Source: an uncultured Planctomycetia bacterium (GTDB lineage: Bacteria > Omnitrophota > Gorgyraeia > Gorgyraeales > Gorgyraeaceae). From it: DNA of 57,124 nucleotides. The notes under the pieces were generated by a model, which was not told the origin of the DNA, searched no databases, and was given only the letters and a program-made list of their open reading frames with translations. This document shows, in pieces, positions 57,025-57,124 of this stretch. Where the stretch lies: NCBI GenBank assembly GCA_964652265.1, contig CAZZAL010000005.1:1-57124 (forward strand). Direction: 5' to 3'. The first letter of the stretch is position 1; the number at the start of each line of letters is the position of its first letter. Made by a program: the position numbers and the translations under genes.

Positions 57025-57053
57025 ATTATACTAAATTATAGACGCTATGTCAA
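57025..57053 (-). promoter_or_regulatory. consensus sigma70 promoter upstream of the 853-aa gene
   Basis: Minus strand reads TTGACA (57053-57048), a 17-nt spacer, then TATAAT (57030-57025). Confidence 0.6.
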
Positions 57054-57124
57054 GCTAGCGTAATGTAACTGTAGCTAACATGTCAAGATGTCCGCTTTTT
57101 GTAACATGTGATATGTCCGCTTTT

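Noticed and set aside
1-57124. A search by eye for CRISPR arrays, rRNA genes, transposase/IS elements, prophage genes, and T-box or riboswitch leaders upstream of metG, cysS and lysS.
   Set aside because: No regularly spaced short repeats were found. The only long exact repeat is the 93-bp pair at the tRNA-Pro locus. No transposase-like or phage-like ORFs were found. The aaRS genes have upstream gaps of 0-60 nt, which is too short for T-box or riboswitch leaders.

Overview
This is 57.1 kb of a bacterial chromosome. I call 58 protein genes, and all but one are on the minus strand. There are four functional tRNA genes and one truncated tRNA copy. No rRNA or CRISPR array was found.

Most of the window is tightly packed housekeeping genes. 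From left to right these are:
- rlmN, rlmB, rdgB and rph
- a two-subunit class I fumarate hydratase
- queE-queC, xerC, topA and dprA
- aroK/aroC/aroE with a prepilin peptidase embedded among them
- leuA-ilvC-ilvN-ilvB-ilvD
- a parvulin PPIase, greA, alr, tsaB-tsaE, thiL and mtnA
- a DUF362/ferredoxin protein, a CPBP protease, tatD and nifS/iscS
- metG, ricT, holB, tmk, cysS, ispF, ispD and a yacL-like PIN/TRAM gene
- mlaD-mlaF-mlaE
- clpC-mcsB-mcsA, ilvE, lolD plus a Lol permease, and lysS

Lol, Mla and a prepilin peptidase occur alongside Firmicute-style gene blocks. This suggests an uncultivated diderm lineage, but that is inference only.

The accessory or unusual content sits in two places.

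1. A tRNA hot spot at 2.6-6.5 kb.
- A tRNA-Arg(UCU) gene is split after the wobble base by a 647-nt group I intron. The intron carries a PD-(D/E)XK-type homing-endonuclease ORF.
- Immediately next to it, a 1.8-kb AbiEi/AbiEii (type IV toxin-antitoxin / abortive infection) cassette is bracketed by identical 93-bp direct repeats. The repeats duplicate the rdgB stop, the tRNA-Pro promoter and the 5' 53 nt of tRNA-Pro. No integrase is present.

2. An operon of unknown function at the right edge.
- It encodes an 853-aa secreted protein with HEAT-like repeats and a 168-aa protein. The two share a near-identical signal peptide.
- It lies behind a perfect consensus promoter and a terminator-like leader hairpin.

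Several textbook TTGACA-17-TATAAT promoters punctuate the long same-strand gene trains.

All calls come from reading the sequence and the ORF translations. No searches or computations were run.
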